From contig CAVYZD010000001.1 in NCBI GenBank assembly GCA_963772905.1, positions 926,144-990,143 of the forward strand: a stretch of 64,000 nucleotides of DNA, given 5' to 3'. Position 1 is the first letter of the stretch; each line of letters begins with the position of its first letter. A program made the position numbers and the translations under genes. Below the pieces are notes generated by a model that was given only the letters and a program-made list of their open reading frames with translations, did no database searches and was not told where the DNA came from. Shown piece by piece: positions 1-9,388 of the stretch. The DNA is from Bryobacterales bacterium. GTDB taxonomy: Bacteria > Acidobacteriota > Terriglobia > Bryobacterales > Bryobacteraceae.

Positions 1-656
1 CCGCTGATTCCCTTGAAGTGAAGAAACAATCGCTTCAATGCCGACAGGCTGCCGATGATGTAATTCGCCGCGCCCAGGGTAAGGTAGGCATCGGCGGCGT
101 CCGGGTTGATGGCCAGTAGGGTCTTAGCAAATCCGTCTGCCTCGCGAATCATGGCAAGGCTTTCCAGCTGGTGCTTCTCGATCAAACTGGCATAGTCGGC
201 CTGCATGCCCACGCTAATGGTCATGGCGAACAGCGCGTTCACATCGTCCGGGTCTGTCTCCAATCGAAGCCGTGCCAAGTTTTGCGCTCGCAGGTCCGCG
301 GCGAAGAATGCATTGCGAATCTGCTGGTCCGGCTTAATCGCTATCTTGCCCAGAAAACGCTTGTTGTCAAAGAAGTACTCCGACGTCAGGACGCCTTGGC
401 GGTAGCACTCCTCAAACAAATAGCTGGCGGCCTCCGACGCGCTCCCCAGAGGGTCTTCCGGATGGGACGCCTGCCAAACGGCAAACTGCGCCCGGCCTTC
501 TTGAGGCTTCAGTTCGTACAGCAGGTGAAAACCGACGTCGAGTTCCGACGCGTTCGAAACCTCAGCCTGAGGCCGCCACGACCAAGCTGACGCCGCGCGG
601 GCGTTAAGCGCCACCACACTTGGAAGGAGAAGAAGCCACCACGAAAGTCGTCGCAT
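1..656 (-). CDS. hypothetical exported protein (3' end beyond window start)
   Basis: Own minus-strand translation from the ATG at 656-654 gives MRRLSWWLLLLPSVVALNARAASAWSW..., a signal-peptide-like N-terminus. The frame stays open to base 1, so it is missing from the ORF track only because it is truncated. The + ORFs 171-590 and 205-405 look like Arg/His-rich antisense shadows. Confidence 0.5.
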   Translation of the reverse strand, partial: MRRLSWWLLLLPSVVALNARAASAWSWRPQAEVSNASELDVGFHLLYELKPQEGRAQFAVWQASHPEDPLGSASEAASYLFEECYRQGVLTSEYFFDNKRFLGKIAIKPDQQIRNAFFAADLRAQNLARLRLETDPDDVNALFAMTISVGMQADYASLIEKHQLESLAMIREADGFAKTLLAINPDAADAYLTLGAANYIIGSLSALKRLFLHFKGIS

Positions 657-902
657 AAGCCACGCGCCAATCCGTCATCACGAGGGACGACTATCTTCCC
701 GCTTGCAAGGGCGATGCCAACCCTTCCTCGGATGATATCTGCCGAACGCGATTTTGGCAGCTCCTCTGCAATGGCGACGCGAACAGGGCGTAAGTGCTTT
801 CAGCCAGGACAGCAGTTAAATTGCGGAGTTTTGCCCAGCCGTACGCTTAAGACGAAATTGACGCGCAGCGCGGCCAGTACTGGATGGTCCCAATTGAGGG
901 CC

Positions 903-1139
903 TCATTCCAGGCTTTCGATTTGAAGATCAACGGAAGTATATTCGTGGGACTTGTCACATTCTGGGCATTTGAGGACGCTCTTCCAGTGCGGGCTCTGCC
1001 ACTGCGGATGCTTCGGATCGTAAACGAAAGAGGAATCCTGATCCGCGAGGGGAGTCTCGCAGGTTTTGCATCTTACAAACCAATGCTGGCCCATCTCGAG
1101 ATTTATCGTGGTTCGGATCGCGGCAATGCAGCCCGGCAA
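903..1139 (-). CDS. small zinc-ribbon-like hypothetical protein
   Basis: 78-aa ORF with two CxxC pairs (CKTC, CPEC) and balanced composition. The overlapping + ORF 714-1214 is Arg/Ser-rich and less protein-like. Confidence 0.4.
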   Translation of the reverse strand: MPGCIAAIRTTINLEMGQHWFVRCKTCETPLADQDSSFVYDPKHPQWQSPHWKSVLKCPECDKSHEYTSVDLQIESLE

Positions 1140-1232
1140 CGCCGTGAGCCTGGCGTGGTCACTTTTGAACAGACACGACGGCCCCGAGAATGCATCAATG
1201 GTTTACACCTTTAGAAAAAGGACGGCATTCAG

Positions 1233-1556
1233 ATGACAACACCTATGGTGTCTTCTAAGGTATTGCTTTCCGGCGTGACTTGCGGTGAGAAGAAGCCTTC
1301 TGCCGGGCAAACGTACCGGGCAAAAACTTCCTTCGTCGCAGTTCATTTCGATCAAGCTGGCAAAGGACGAATCGTCTTCCTGCCGGAAACGGCGGTGGTT
1401 CGCGTTATGGCACCGTCTTCGTGTTTACGCGAAGCCTGTGAGGTGATATTCGAGAGCGAGCTTTACAACGTATTCGAAATCGACCTGGTGACCAGGTCGA
1501 CCCTGATTTGTGAGCCGATCAGGGCCAAGAGCCGCGCCATCGCCGTTTGCGCCTAA
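1233..1556 (+). CDS. hypothetical protein
   Basis: 107-aa ORF preceded by AAGGA about 10 nt upstream. No recognisable motif. Confidence 0.4.
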   Translation: MTTPMVSSKVLLSGVTCGEKKPSAGQTYRAKTSFVAVHFDQAGKGRIVFLPETAVVRVMAPSSCLREACEVIFESELYNVFEIDLVTRSTLICEPIRAKSRAIAVCA

Positions 1557-1621
1557 TTAAACTGGCGCGAGTCTGGTATCATCGCACTGCGCGGGATTCG
1601 TTTCCCGACCGGAGATTGACT

Positions 1622-1897
1622 GTGCCTTGCTTCCTCCTATTCGTTATCCTGCTATTTCCGCGCGTCGCACTGGTATTGATGTGGCTTTTCTCGACCTATC
1701 TGCAGCGCGCATTCCACGGCGGCTTGATACTGCCGGTTCTCGGCTTCATTTTCCTGCCGCTCACCACGATCGTTTACGCGTGGGAACTGAACAGTCATAT
1801 GCCGACGGCGGGCATCAATCTGCTATGGCTGCTGATTGCGGTGATCATTGATCTTGGGGGCCTTGGCGGCGGAGCGCATCGCCAGTCGCGGCGCTGA
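1622..1897 (+). CDS. small integral membrane protein
   Basis: Same frame as ORF 1547-1897. A GTG at 1622 lies 7 nt after GGAG (1611-1614). The product is almost entirely hydrophobic (FLLFVILLFPRVALVLMWLF..., LLWLLIAVIIDLGGLGGG). The start is uncertain. Confidence 0.5.
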   Translation: MPCFLLFVILLFPRVALVLMWLFSTYLQRAFHGGLILPVLGFIFLPLTTIVYAWELNSHMPTAGINLLWLLIAVIIDLGGLGGGAHRQSRR

Positions 1898-2001
1898 GTA
1901 GCGGAACGGCGCGCGCGTGCTCTAAGGCGGATGGCACCATGCCGGTCGACGTCGCAAGACCGGATCGCAAGCCGATCACGCTCGTCTGCCAGCGCAAATA
2001 G
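1869..2001 (+). pseudogene. internally deleted remnant copy of the 5229-5766 segment
   Basis: 1869-1925 aligns with 5229-5287 and 1926-2001 aligns with 5691-5766, roughly 85-95 percent identical by eye. The ~400 bp that encode most of the 5308-5766 protein are missing here. Confidence 0.7.
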
Positions 2002-2007
2002 GCGCCA

Positions 2008-2514
2008 CTATTTTGCCCGCTTCACTGCGGCCACCAGGCCAGGATAGGGGTCAATGGCCTTCCCCTTCCACCACTGCCTTTCCGGCCCCAATTCGAAGAT
2101 CGCAAAATGCAGATGCGGCGTGCGCGAATCCGCATTACCCGTCGATCCCACAAAACCGATGATCTCCCCGCGCGCGACACGCGTTCCCTCGCGCAGCCCT
2201 TCCGCGTACCCGTCCAAATGCGCGTAGTAGTAGCAATACACTCCCATTTCGTCGAACTCGTATATCGTGTTGCCGCCAGGTTTGCTGAGGAAAAGTTTAC
2301 GGACGGTTCCCGACACCACGGCGTGCACGGGTGTCCCTCTCGGCTCGATAATGTCGATTGCCTCATGAGGGTGTCCGTTGTGAACCTCTTGGAACATATC
2401 CCGCAGCTCCGCAAGGGCGAGTCCGCGGATAGGAGGACTCATGTCGAGAATGGAAGCAGTGCCGCCAACAAGGAGAGACACCGAGAGCCCGGCAATGCAA
2501 GCGCAGAGCCTCAA
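2008..2514 (-). CDS. M23 family metallopeptidase
   Basis: HxxxD (HEAID) and HLH (TPHLHF) motifs are present, along with GFVGSTGN. The likely start is a TTG at 2514, 6 nt after GGAGGA, which gives a signal-anchor N-terminus. The track ORF extends to 2598 and overlaps the upstream gene. Confidence 0.85.
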   Translation of the reverse strand: MRLCACIAGLSVSLLVGGTASILDMSPPIRGLALAELRDMFQEVHNGHPHEAIDIIEPRGTPVHAVVSGTVRKLFLSKPGGNTIYEFDEMGVYCYYYAHLDGYAEGLREGTRVARGEIIGFVGSTGNADSRTPHLHFAIFELGPERQWWKGKAIDPYPGLVAAVKRAK

Positions 2515-2516
2515 AG

Positions 2517-3542
2517 CTATTCCTCCAGGACGACCGGTGTACCTCGTCGAACCATGTGCGACAGTTGATCCACATCCCAGTTGGTCAAGCGGATGCACCC
2601 AGCGGATGCGCCGTGCCGGATATGCCCCGGATCCGGCGTCCCATGGATTCCATAATGTTCTTTCGAGAGGCCGATCCAGACGGTGCCGACGGGGTTTCTC
2701 GGGCCGGGCGGGAGTATCGCTGCTGCTTTCTTGGGGTCCGGATTCCAGAAGAGGTCCGGGTCATAGTTGAACCACGGATAGTGGACAACGCTCGTGATGG
2801 TCCAATGACCAATTGGCAGCGGATCGTGCGTGTCGCCGATCGAGGCTGGATACTGGGCCAGTTCCTTGTCGCGAGCGCCGTACGCGATTACTGTGCGTTT
2901 CGACTTTGACACCACCACGCGGAACGCCAAGCCCCCTGCGATGTGCCGCACATTCGGAACGTTGATTCGAACGCCCACCGCGCCCAGTTTCAAGCCGGGA
3001 TTCAACTCTGCGAGCAGCTTCGGCGAACTGTGGAACTTCTCGCCCAGTCCCTCTTCCGGCGTTTCGAAGCCCAGCCATTTCATCTTCGCCTTTTCCAGGG
3101 TGTCGTCGGGAATTGGTTGGAACGGGCCTTTCTCATCCGCCTTGGTAATCGTGTAGGTCAACAAGAGAGGGCCGGCATCGGCATCGAGCAAGCGCCACAT
3201 CTGCTCGTCAATCGTGCCGGTCGGCTTCAGACCGTGGTTTTCCTGATATCCCTTGACTGCGATCGCGAAATCGTCGCCGTAGACACCATCAATTTCACCT
3301 GGCGAAAACCTGGCACGGTCCAGAAGAATCTGCGCCCGAACCACTCTTGGCCCCGCCGCTCCCGGCCCCACCGCGCCAGTCTCCGTTGAGTCCTCGATTT
3401 CGCTTGCGGCAAGACTTCGAGTGGCAGCCGTGGCGTGGAGGCGGTTCGCCGGTCGGGCGCTTGAGGCCAGCGCCGGAATCGAAGCAATCACCGCGACTAG
3501 ACAAGTTAGGCGCAAACCCAAAAGCCGGTATTTTTGCTTCAT
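2517..3542 (-). CDS. L,D-transpeptidase with peptidoglycan-binding domain
   Basis: YkuD catalytic motif HGTPDPGHIRHGASAGCIRLTNWD, plus a PG_binding_1-like segment (DGVYGDDFAIAVKGYQENHGLKPTGTID) and a signal peptide. The ATG at 3542 overlaps the upstream stop as ATGA. Confidence 0.9.
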   Translation of the reverse strand: MKQKYRLLGLRLTCLVAVIASIPALASSARPANRLHATAATRSLAASEIEDSTETGAVGPGAAGPRVVRAQILLDRARFSPGEIDGVYGDDFAIAVKGYQENHGLKPTGTIDEQMWRLLDADAGPLLLTYTITKADEKGPFQPIPDDTLEKAKMKWLGFETPEEGLGEKFHSSPKLLAELNPGLKLGAVGVRINVPNVRHIAGGLAFRVVVSKSKRTVIAYGARDKELAQYPASIGDTHDPLPIGHWTITSVVHYPWFNYDPDLFWNPDPKKAAAILPPGPRNPVGTVWIGLSKEHYGIHGTPDPGHIRHGASAGCIRLTNWDVDQLSHMVRRGTPVVLEE

Positions 3543-3808
3543 CGCCGGTACCAAGCCAGGTTCCGTCGCCTTATTAGGTGATACGCAACCAGAAGGAGCA
3601 CTGCCCCAAGCACTGCCACGAACAGGCTATATAGATTCAAGCCCGTCACTCCGGAAGCTCCGAATCGGTTGAAGAGGAAGCCGCCGACGACAGCACCGAC
3701 GATCCCCAAGACAATGTCGAGAACAACTCCTTCGCCGGTTTTATTGACGAGTTTGCTACCTATGAAGCCCGCGAACAAGCCCAGAACGATCCACGCGAGA
3801 AGTGACAT
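3539..3808 (-). CDS. GlsB/YeaQ/YmgE family stress-response membrane protein
   Basis: MSLLAWIVLGLFAGFIGSKLV...GIVGAVVGGFLF is the typical transglycosylase-associated family sequence. The internal Met at 3808 was chosen as the start. Confidence 0.85.
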   Translation of the reverse strand: MSLLAWIVLGLFAGFIGSKLVNKTGEGVVLDIVLGIVGAVVGGFLFNRFGASGVTGLNLYSLFVAVLGAVLLLVAYHLIRRRNLAWYRR

Positions 3809-3824
3809 ATCATGTTTTCCTTTT

Positions 3825-4217
3825 CTAAACAGACAAGAGCTGGTCAAAGAAAGACCGGTACCGGCGGAGGGCGACGCGGAGTTCCTCCGTCGAAACGTTG
3901 TCGCTCTTGCCCCATTCCGCCTCTAGTTTCTGACGCTCGGTGGCGAAGACTTCCGCCAACCGTTTGATGGCGCTGGCCACCAGCTCGTCAGCGTGTTCCA
4001 CGGCTCCTCGGGGCTCGTCCACGAAGCCGATTTGAATCTTCTCCCAGCGGGAACGGAAGTCCTGCGTGTCGTTCTGTGCAAATAGCGGCACGTTTGGTTC
4101 TTGCGTTGCCGCCTTAAGTTTGGCGCCGCTGTCTGTGCCGTTAAACTTCGGCATCTCAGCTGTCAACGGCAGATTCTCGTCGCGCTCTCCGCGTAACTCA
4201 AGTTCTTGCGGCATCAT
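3825..4217 (-). CDS. hypothetical protein (paralogous C-terminal domain with 4214-4822)
   Basis: 130-aa ORF. It shares the pattern FVDEP..AV.HAD.LV ... STE(E/D)LR.A(L/M)..YR..F..LL with the upstream gene. The starts and stops overlap by 4 nt. Confidence 0.5.
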   Translation of the reverse strand: MMPQELELRGERDENLPLTAEMPKFNGTDSGAKLKAATQEPNVPLFAQNDTQDFRSRWEKIQIGFVDEPRGAVEHADELVASAIKRLAEVFATERQKLEAEWGKSDNVSTEELRVALRRYRSFFDQLLSV

Positions 4218-4822
4218 TTTGTTACCTCCTCGGGTTTCTCCACGGTTTGATCCAATAGATCCTCAAACAAGACGCGGTAACTCACCATGGCCTTGCGCAA
4301 ATCCTCAGTGCTACCCCGATTTTGACCTTCTCGGATGGCTATCTCATGAGCGATCCGGTAGTTTTCTACGACGCGGGGATGATCCACCGAGAGATCGGTG
4401 GCATTTTGATCGAAGTCGCCCACGGGATAGCCGCGGCGCAGCATTACATCCTGCACCAGAGTATCGGCATGATTCACGGCGGCCTGAGGATCGTCCACAA
4501 ACAGAGACTGCTCTCGGCGCCAATCCTCGGTGTACTTCGAGCGTTCCTCGGTCTTGAGCGCGTGAATGTTAAACTTGGCGACGCGCGTTGCCCGTTTCTG
4601 CAGTTCCGATTCCGCATGCCCGCGATCCCGATGTTCGCTGAGGGCTTTATCGTATTCGGGCCCAAATTTGGAACGGAGATTCTCCGTGCGCTTTCTCTGC
4701 GCGTACTTCATGTAGATCAACAGCGCAATGCCAATCGCAAGAACAACGCCCACGATGGCGATCAGCATGGGCGGATTGAGGGTGGTTAGATTCATAGTTC
4801 GCGTTTCCTCCAGTTGCAACAC
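4214..4822 (-). CDS. membrane-anchored hypothetical protein
   Basis: 202-aa ORF with one N-terminal TM segment (LIAIVGVVLAIGIALLIYM). Its C-terminal domain is related to 3825-4217. Confidence 0.55.
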   Translation of the reverse strand: MLQLEETRTMNLTTLNPPMLIAIVGVVLAIGIALLIYMKYAQRKRTENLRSKFGPEYDKALSEHRDRGHAESELQKRATRVAKFNIHALKTEERSKYTEDWRREQSLFVDDPQAAVNHADTLVQDVMLRRGYPVGDFDQNATDLSVDHPRVVENYRIAHEIAIREGQNRGSTEDLRKAMVSYRVLFEDLLDQTVEKPEEVTK

Positions 4823-5132
4823 ATTTTGGAAGCCATGAGACTTCTAGTCTCTGCACTGCAGATGTCCATCCAAAGAGTCCGCAGGTTGGTGAGGACGTTG
4901 CTAGAGCAGCCCGACGTTGCTCAGAATTCGCGCGCTCTTTCTTGCGAGTAGGCTCCGGACGTAACCACACTTGGTCACATGACCATATATCGTTACCAGC
5001 CTAAGGCCCCGAACAGTACAGTGCCCGCCGTTTGGGCCTTTGGCTATAGGCAGCCTTAGAAAATTCCGCTTGGCGACGTTCGGTCCTTCTCATGCCTTAG
5101 AAGGAGATGTCGGTATCGAAAGGAGAAACAAA

Positions 5133-5207
5133 ATGCTTGGCTTAGGATTGGTTGGAACCATCATCGTGATTTGTCTAATTGTTTGGATCATCCGCAGAGT
5201 GGCGTAA
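5133..5207 (+). CDS. possible 24-aa hydrophobic peptide
   Basis: ATG lies 7 nt after AGGAGA. The product is MLGLGLVGTIIVICLIVWIIRRVA. It is below the ORF-track size cutoff and rests on the RBS and hydrophobicity only. Confidence 0.3.
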   Translation: MLGLGLVGTIIVICLIVWIIRRVA

Positions 5208-5307
5208 GAACAACTGAAAACGCGGCCTCGGAAGCGCATCGCCAGTCACGACGCTGAGTAGCGGAACGGCGCGGCGCGTGCTCTAACGCTAGGCCTGGAA
5301 GGAAGTT

Positions 5308-5766
5308 ATGAGAACCTATTCAACGATTACAACCACTGGAGCCGTCTTGGCGACTCTGCTCTTCGCGTCCACCGCTTTCGCGCGTGACCGCACCCTGTTG
5401 AACGGCACCTGGACGCTGGTGCCCACCAAGAGCGATTTTGCGGGCCAGCCCGTCATTCAAACCGGCACTGTGACGATCAATGAGCGGGACGGCGACATCA
5501 CCGTTTCTCGCAGTTTCGCGTACGAAGGCGCCACCGATACGTTCTTCTACAAAGACATCACTGACAGCGAGAATAGCGCGACGATTCACAGCGGCAAGGA
5601 CCTCAAGAGCAAGACCAAGTGGGATCATGACGTCCTCAAGGTGATCACCACGCAATCCGGCGTCGTGACTGTCGAGAGCTACTCCCTGGCCGCGGATGGC
5701 ACTATGCTGGTCGACGTCACAAGGCCGGGCCGCAAGCCGATCACACTCGTCTTCCAGCGCAAATAG
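5308..5766 (+). CDS. secreted hypothetical protein (beta-rich)
   Basis: 152-aa ORF with a signal peptide (AVLATLLFASTAFA) and GGAAGG upstream. The sequence alternates in a beta-strand-like pattern. Confidence 0.6.
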   Translation: MRTYSTITTTGAVLATLLFASTAFARDRTLLNGTWTLVPTKSDFAGQPVIQTGTVTINERDGDITVSRSFAYEGATDTFFYKDITDSENSATIHSGKDLKSKTKWDHDVLKVITTQSGVVTVESYSLAADGTMLVDVTRPGRKPITLVFQRK

Positions 5767-5835
5767 ATCAAACGGCCGGAGGCGAAACTCGCACGCTGCG
5801 GGCCTCGCCTCTGGCCGGTACGTCAGCCCAGTACG

Positions 5836-6447
5836 TCAACCGATGTTGATTGAAATGTATACGCCTGGATGGACGGGGTTGCACAGGAAATAACCCCCGT
5901 TGATGTAGTCGACGTAGACGTTGTCGGTATAGAGCCAACCAACGGGCCACGGGTCAATCACGTTGAACCAATAGCCGCCGTATTGAAAACGTCGCGATCC
6001 CTCGAAATCGGACCGGTTTACGTGAAACGAATGCTCACGGCCAAAACTGGCACGAAAGCGGTCGTCAGGAATTCGCCCATGACTTGCTGCGGGCTGTGAC
6101 CGGCTGGCCTGTTGCTGTCGCTGAGCCGGTTTGGCCTGCTGCTGGTGAGCTTGTTTCGATTGCTGTGCCGGCTGGGCGTGCTCCTGGTGCTGAGCGCGTT
6201 GCGGTTGCTGTGTCGGCTTAGCCTGCTGCTCGTGCTGAGCTTGTTTCGGTTGCTGCGCCGGCTTGGCTTGCTGTTGTCGCTGAGCGTGTTGCTGTTGCGG
6301 CTTAGCCGGGTGCTGTGCTGGCTTGGCTTGTTGCTCCTTCTGCTGCGGTTGCTTCTCCTCCTCGTGCTCTTTCTGCGCGTACGCAGGAGCAATAACGCCA
6401 GGAAGCAGGAACAGAACTGCCGTACTTAGAATTTCAATGGGTTTCAT
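5836..6447 (-). CDS. secreted Gln/Lys/Pro-repeat protein with conserved C-terminal domain
   Basis: Signal peptide (LFLLPGVIAPAYA), then about 90 aa of QQAKPAQ-type degenerate repeats, then an aromatic-rich C-terminus (YGGYWFNVIDPWPVGWLY). Confidence 0.6.
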   Translation of the reverse strand: MKPIEILSTAVLFLLPGVIAPAYAQKEHEEEKQPQQKEQQAKPAQHPAKPQQQHAQRQQQAKPAQQPKQAQHEQQAKPTQQPQRAQHQEHAQPAQQSKQAHQQQAKPAQRQQQASRSQPAASHGRIPDDRFRASFGREHSFHVNRSDFEGSRRFQYGGYWFNVIDPWPVGWLYTDNVYVDYINGGYFLCNPVHPGVYISINIG

Positions 6448-6586
6448 GAGTTACCTCGTTTCCAAAATCAAAATCGACCTTATTTGGTCATATGACCATC
6501 CACAGTCAACCTGGGTGGCTTGCTTAAAGAAAGCGGGGATAGAATCGAGTATCCCCGCGAGTGCGCCAACCTAAGATTCCACGTGA

Positions 6587-7291
6587 TTATCGGTCCCGGT
6601 GGGCCGAGTCCCGATTCAGCGCTCTTTCAAACCTTCTCGCCGCCGCCGGAGTCTTGAAGCCACCAGTCAGAATTTCGCGATTCGTGGTGTCGTGGCGATA
6701 GAGTTCCCGGTTGGTATCTCCATCCGGACGAAGCGTCGCGCCTGACAGCGAAATGCCCGCGAACAGGCCGTGCGAACGGGAATACGACAGGATCTCGGCC
6801 TGCAGCTCTGCGTCGGTCTGAGCGGTCGCCGAGCGGCCAATCGGGCCTGCCGCCACAGATGCATCTCCGCCCAGCGTAAACTTGTCGGATAACAGGTGCT
6901 TCATTGCGCCTTCGTTCATCACCAGCAACACTACATCGGTATCCGAGGCGCCAATCTGGAATCCAAAACTTCCACCTTCTGTCCGCATCGCGGCCGGGGC
7001 GCTCCAGCCCGAGCCGCCATGCCGGCGGCACACCGCGAATCCGCGGCCTTCCTCCGCGCCGAAGATGAATCCGGCTTTTTTCATGCCTGGGATGACAACC
7101 ACGCAACGCGCCTTATCGATCAGATCGTGGGGGATGCCGTGATCGGAGGCTTTCATCATATCGGTCAGCGTTTCGGCCGAGGCATCTAGCCTGTCGTCCA
7201 CCTTGATTGCCCTCTCCGACGCAAAAGCAGCGGCGGTCATAGTACCGGCGATTGCCAGAACCCAGACACCGCGTCCTAGATTCGTTTTCAT
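6587..7291 (-). CDS. SYLF (Ysc84-like, DUF500) lipid-binding domain protein
   Basis: Typical SYLF blocks are present: VVIPGMKKAGFIFGAEEGRGF, GGSFGFQIGA, FTLGGDASVAAGPIGR, YSRSHGLFAGISLSG. It has a signal peptide. Confidence 0.85.
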   Translation of the reverse strand: MKTNLGRGVWVLAIAGTMTAAAFASERAIKVDDRLDASAETLTDMMKASDHGIPHDLIDKARCVVVIPGMKKAGFIFGAEEGRGFAVCRRHGGSGWSAPAAMRTEGGSFGFQIGASDTDVVLLVMNEGAMKHLLSDKFTLGGDASVAAGPIGRSATAQTDAELQAEILSYSRSHGLFAGISLSGATLRPDGDTNRELYRHDTTNREILTGGFKTPAAARRFERALNRDSAHRDR

Positions 7292-7579
7292 AAAAATTCA
7301 CTCCTTTCGCTTTCCTTAAAGCCTGAAGTCCGCTCTGGGCTACCCGTCGTCGCTCTGAACTTCCCCTCCGTAACGAACCCAAGCTCATTTTGAACGAGGC
7401 ACGTCCACGACCACTCCAGCGGCGGGCGACCAGCATTGCAGCCGTCAAGTGGGCGGACCGTCTTGGCAGTAAAGCTGCATTGAATGAGAACAGGCTACGG
7501 CGATGAGCCGGCCTTGTTTACACCGTGCGGTCGCTTAATGCGATCGCCGACGCGGCATGAGCCGCAGAAGGAGTCCTAT

Positions 7580-8263
7580 ATGACCCGTTTCGTTCTTGCA
7601 ATGGCATCCATCGGATTGCTCGGAGTCGCTTTCGCGCCGAGCGGCCGCGCGGACGAATGGAACAAAAAGACGACCTTGACCGTGAGTGAATCGTTTCAGG
7701 TTCCCAACAAGGTACTGCCTCCGGGCACGTACGTGATCAAACTGCTCGATTCACCATCCGATCGTCACATCGTTCAAATTTTCAACGCGGATGAGACCGA
7801 GCTACAGACCACCATCCTCGCGATCCCAAATTACCGCCTTCAACCCACCGGCAAGACAGTCGTCACGTTCTGGGAAACGCCTCCCGGACAACCGAAGGCT
7901 TTGAGGGCATGGTTCTACCCGGGCGATAACTTCGGACAGGAGTTCGCTTATCCGAAGTCGGCCGCCGTGCAGATTGCGGCCGTGTCGCATGAAACGGTGC
8001 CCACCACCGAAGCAATCCAGCCGGCCGAGTTGCCGAAGGCGGAAGTAACGCAAACGCAGCCTGAGCCGCAGGAAGTAGCGCAGGCTACTCCTCCGCCAGC
8101 AGCGGCAACGCAGGAGCCTGCTCTTGGTCCGGCTCCAGCCGCAACAGTGGTTCCAGCCCCTCAGGAACTGCCCAAAACTGCCAGCCCGTATCCGTTGATT
8201 GGCTTGGCTGGCCTCCTATCGCTTGGCTTGTTCGCGCTATTGCGTTCTTTCCGTTTGTCGTAG
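7580..8263 (+). CDS. secreted protein with C-terminal sorting-signal-like tail
   Basis: ATG at 7580 lies 7 nt after GAAGGAG. A signal peptide is present. The C-terminus reads ELPKTASPYPLIGLAGLLSLGLFALLRSFRLS, i.e. motif, TM segment, basic tail. Confidence 0.65.
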   Translation: MTRFVLAMASIGLLGVAFAPSGRADEWNKKTTLTVSESFQVPNKVLPPGTYVIKLLDSPSDRHIVQIFNADETELQTTILAIPNYRLQPTGKTVVTFWETPPGQPKALRAWFYPGDNFGQEFAYPKSAAVQIAAVSHETVPTTEAIQPAELPKAEVTQTQPEPQEVAQATPPPAAATQEPALGPAPAATVVPAPQELPKTASPYPLIGLAGLLSLGLFALLRSFRLS

Positions 8264-8281
8264 TGTCACGATCGAAGAGTT

Positions 8282-9235
8282 ATGACGCCCGGCCGCGTAG
8301 TGGTCTTGTCGGTGAACGTGCTAATTTTCGCGAGCGCGGTGGCATTCGGCCAAACGAATGGCCCCGCCATCGCGAAAGCTGAACAATCAAACGACTTCAC
8401 TATACGGACTACTTCGCGGCTGGTTCTTTTAGACGTAAGCGTGAAAGATGCATCTGGCGGCTTTGTGTCGGGGCTTTCCAAGGACCGTTTCCAGGTTTAC
8501 GAAAACGGCAAGCCGCAACAGATTACGCATTTCGCCGATGCCGACATTCCCGTGACAGTGGGAATCGCGGTGGATGGGAGCGGAAGCATGCGGCCGAAGC
8601 GAGCGGAAGTGATCACGGCAGCGCTGACGTTCAACCAAGCCAGCAATCCAAAGGACGAGATGTTCATCGTCAACTTCAATGAAAAACCTCGGCTTGGCTT
8701 GCCGGATGATGTGCTGTTTTCGGACAACGTACAACAACTACGGTCCGCGTTGTGGCACGGCAATCCGGAAGGGCGGACGGCGCTCTATGACGCGCTTGAA
8801 ATGTCTCTGCGCCATCTTGAATTCGGAAGGCAGGCCAAAAAGACCCTGGTCGTGATCAGCGATGGTGGAGACAATCACAGCAGCCACACGCTGGAAGATG
8901 TAATGAGCGACGTGCTGACGTCGGCGGCGACCATTTATACGATCGGCATTTATGACGAAGACGATCCGGAGAAGAATGAAGGCGTGCTGCGGAAATTCGC
9001 GCACGTGAGCGGCGGCGTGTTTTACCACCCCAAAACGCTGGACGAGATCGTGCCGATTTGCCGGCAGATCGCGAAGGATATTCGCTCGCGGTACACGATC
9101 GGATACGTGCCATCCATCGAGGGCAAGATGGTTCGTCATCTCAAGGTAGCAGCGTCGGCGGCCGATCATCAGACGTTAGTCGTGCGAACGCGGGCCAGCT
9201 ATGTGTTTCCCGATCAGGCGATGGAGTCCCAATGA
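8282..9235 (+). CDS. VWA domain protein (VWFA-related Acidobacterial-type)
   Basis: FQVYENGKPQQITHF is followed by a MIDAS-like DGSGSM and by VVISDGGDN. A signal peptide is present. Confidence 0.85.
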   Translation: MTPGRVVVLSVNVLIFASAVAFGQTNGPAIAKAEQSNDFTIRTTSRLVLLDVSVKDASGGFVSGLSKDRFQVYENGKPQQITHFADADIPVTVGIAVDGSGSMRPKRAEVITAALTFNQASNPKDEMFIVNFNEKPRLGLPDDVLFSDNVQQLRSALWHGNPEGRTALYDALEMSLRHLEFGRQAKKTLVVISDGGDNHSSHTLEDVMSDVLTSAATIYTIGIYDEDDPEKNEGVLRKFAHVSGGVFYHPKTLDEIVPICRQIAKDIRSRYTIGYVPSIEGKMVRHLKVAASAADHQTLVVRTRASYVFPDQAMESQ

Positions 9236-9388
9236 GGCGAGGCCGGACGCAACAATCGGCAGAGTTTCAGAGGCGAATTCACGAGTCGTAGCATGCGTGG
9301 TTTTATTTGAAGAAAATGAAAGGTGTGGATCCACGCGCGGATCTCATACTAGGAACCTGGTCGGAAAGACCTCAAAGGAGCTTTAAAA

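Noticed and set aside
171-590. 139-aa + strand ORF at the window start
   Set aside because: It is antisense to a better minus-strand frame that has a signal peptide and runs off the window. The + strand product is His/Arg-rich.
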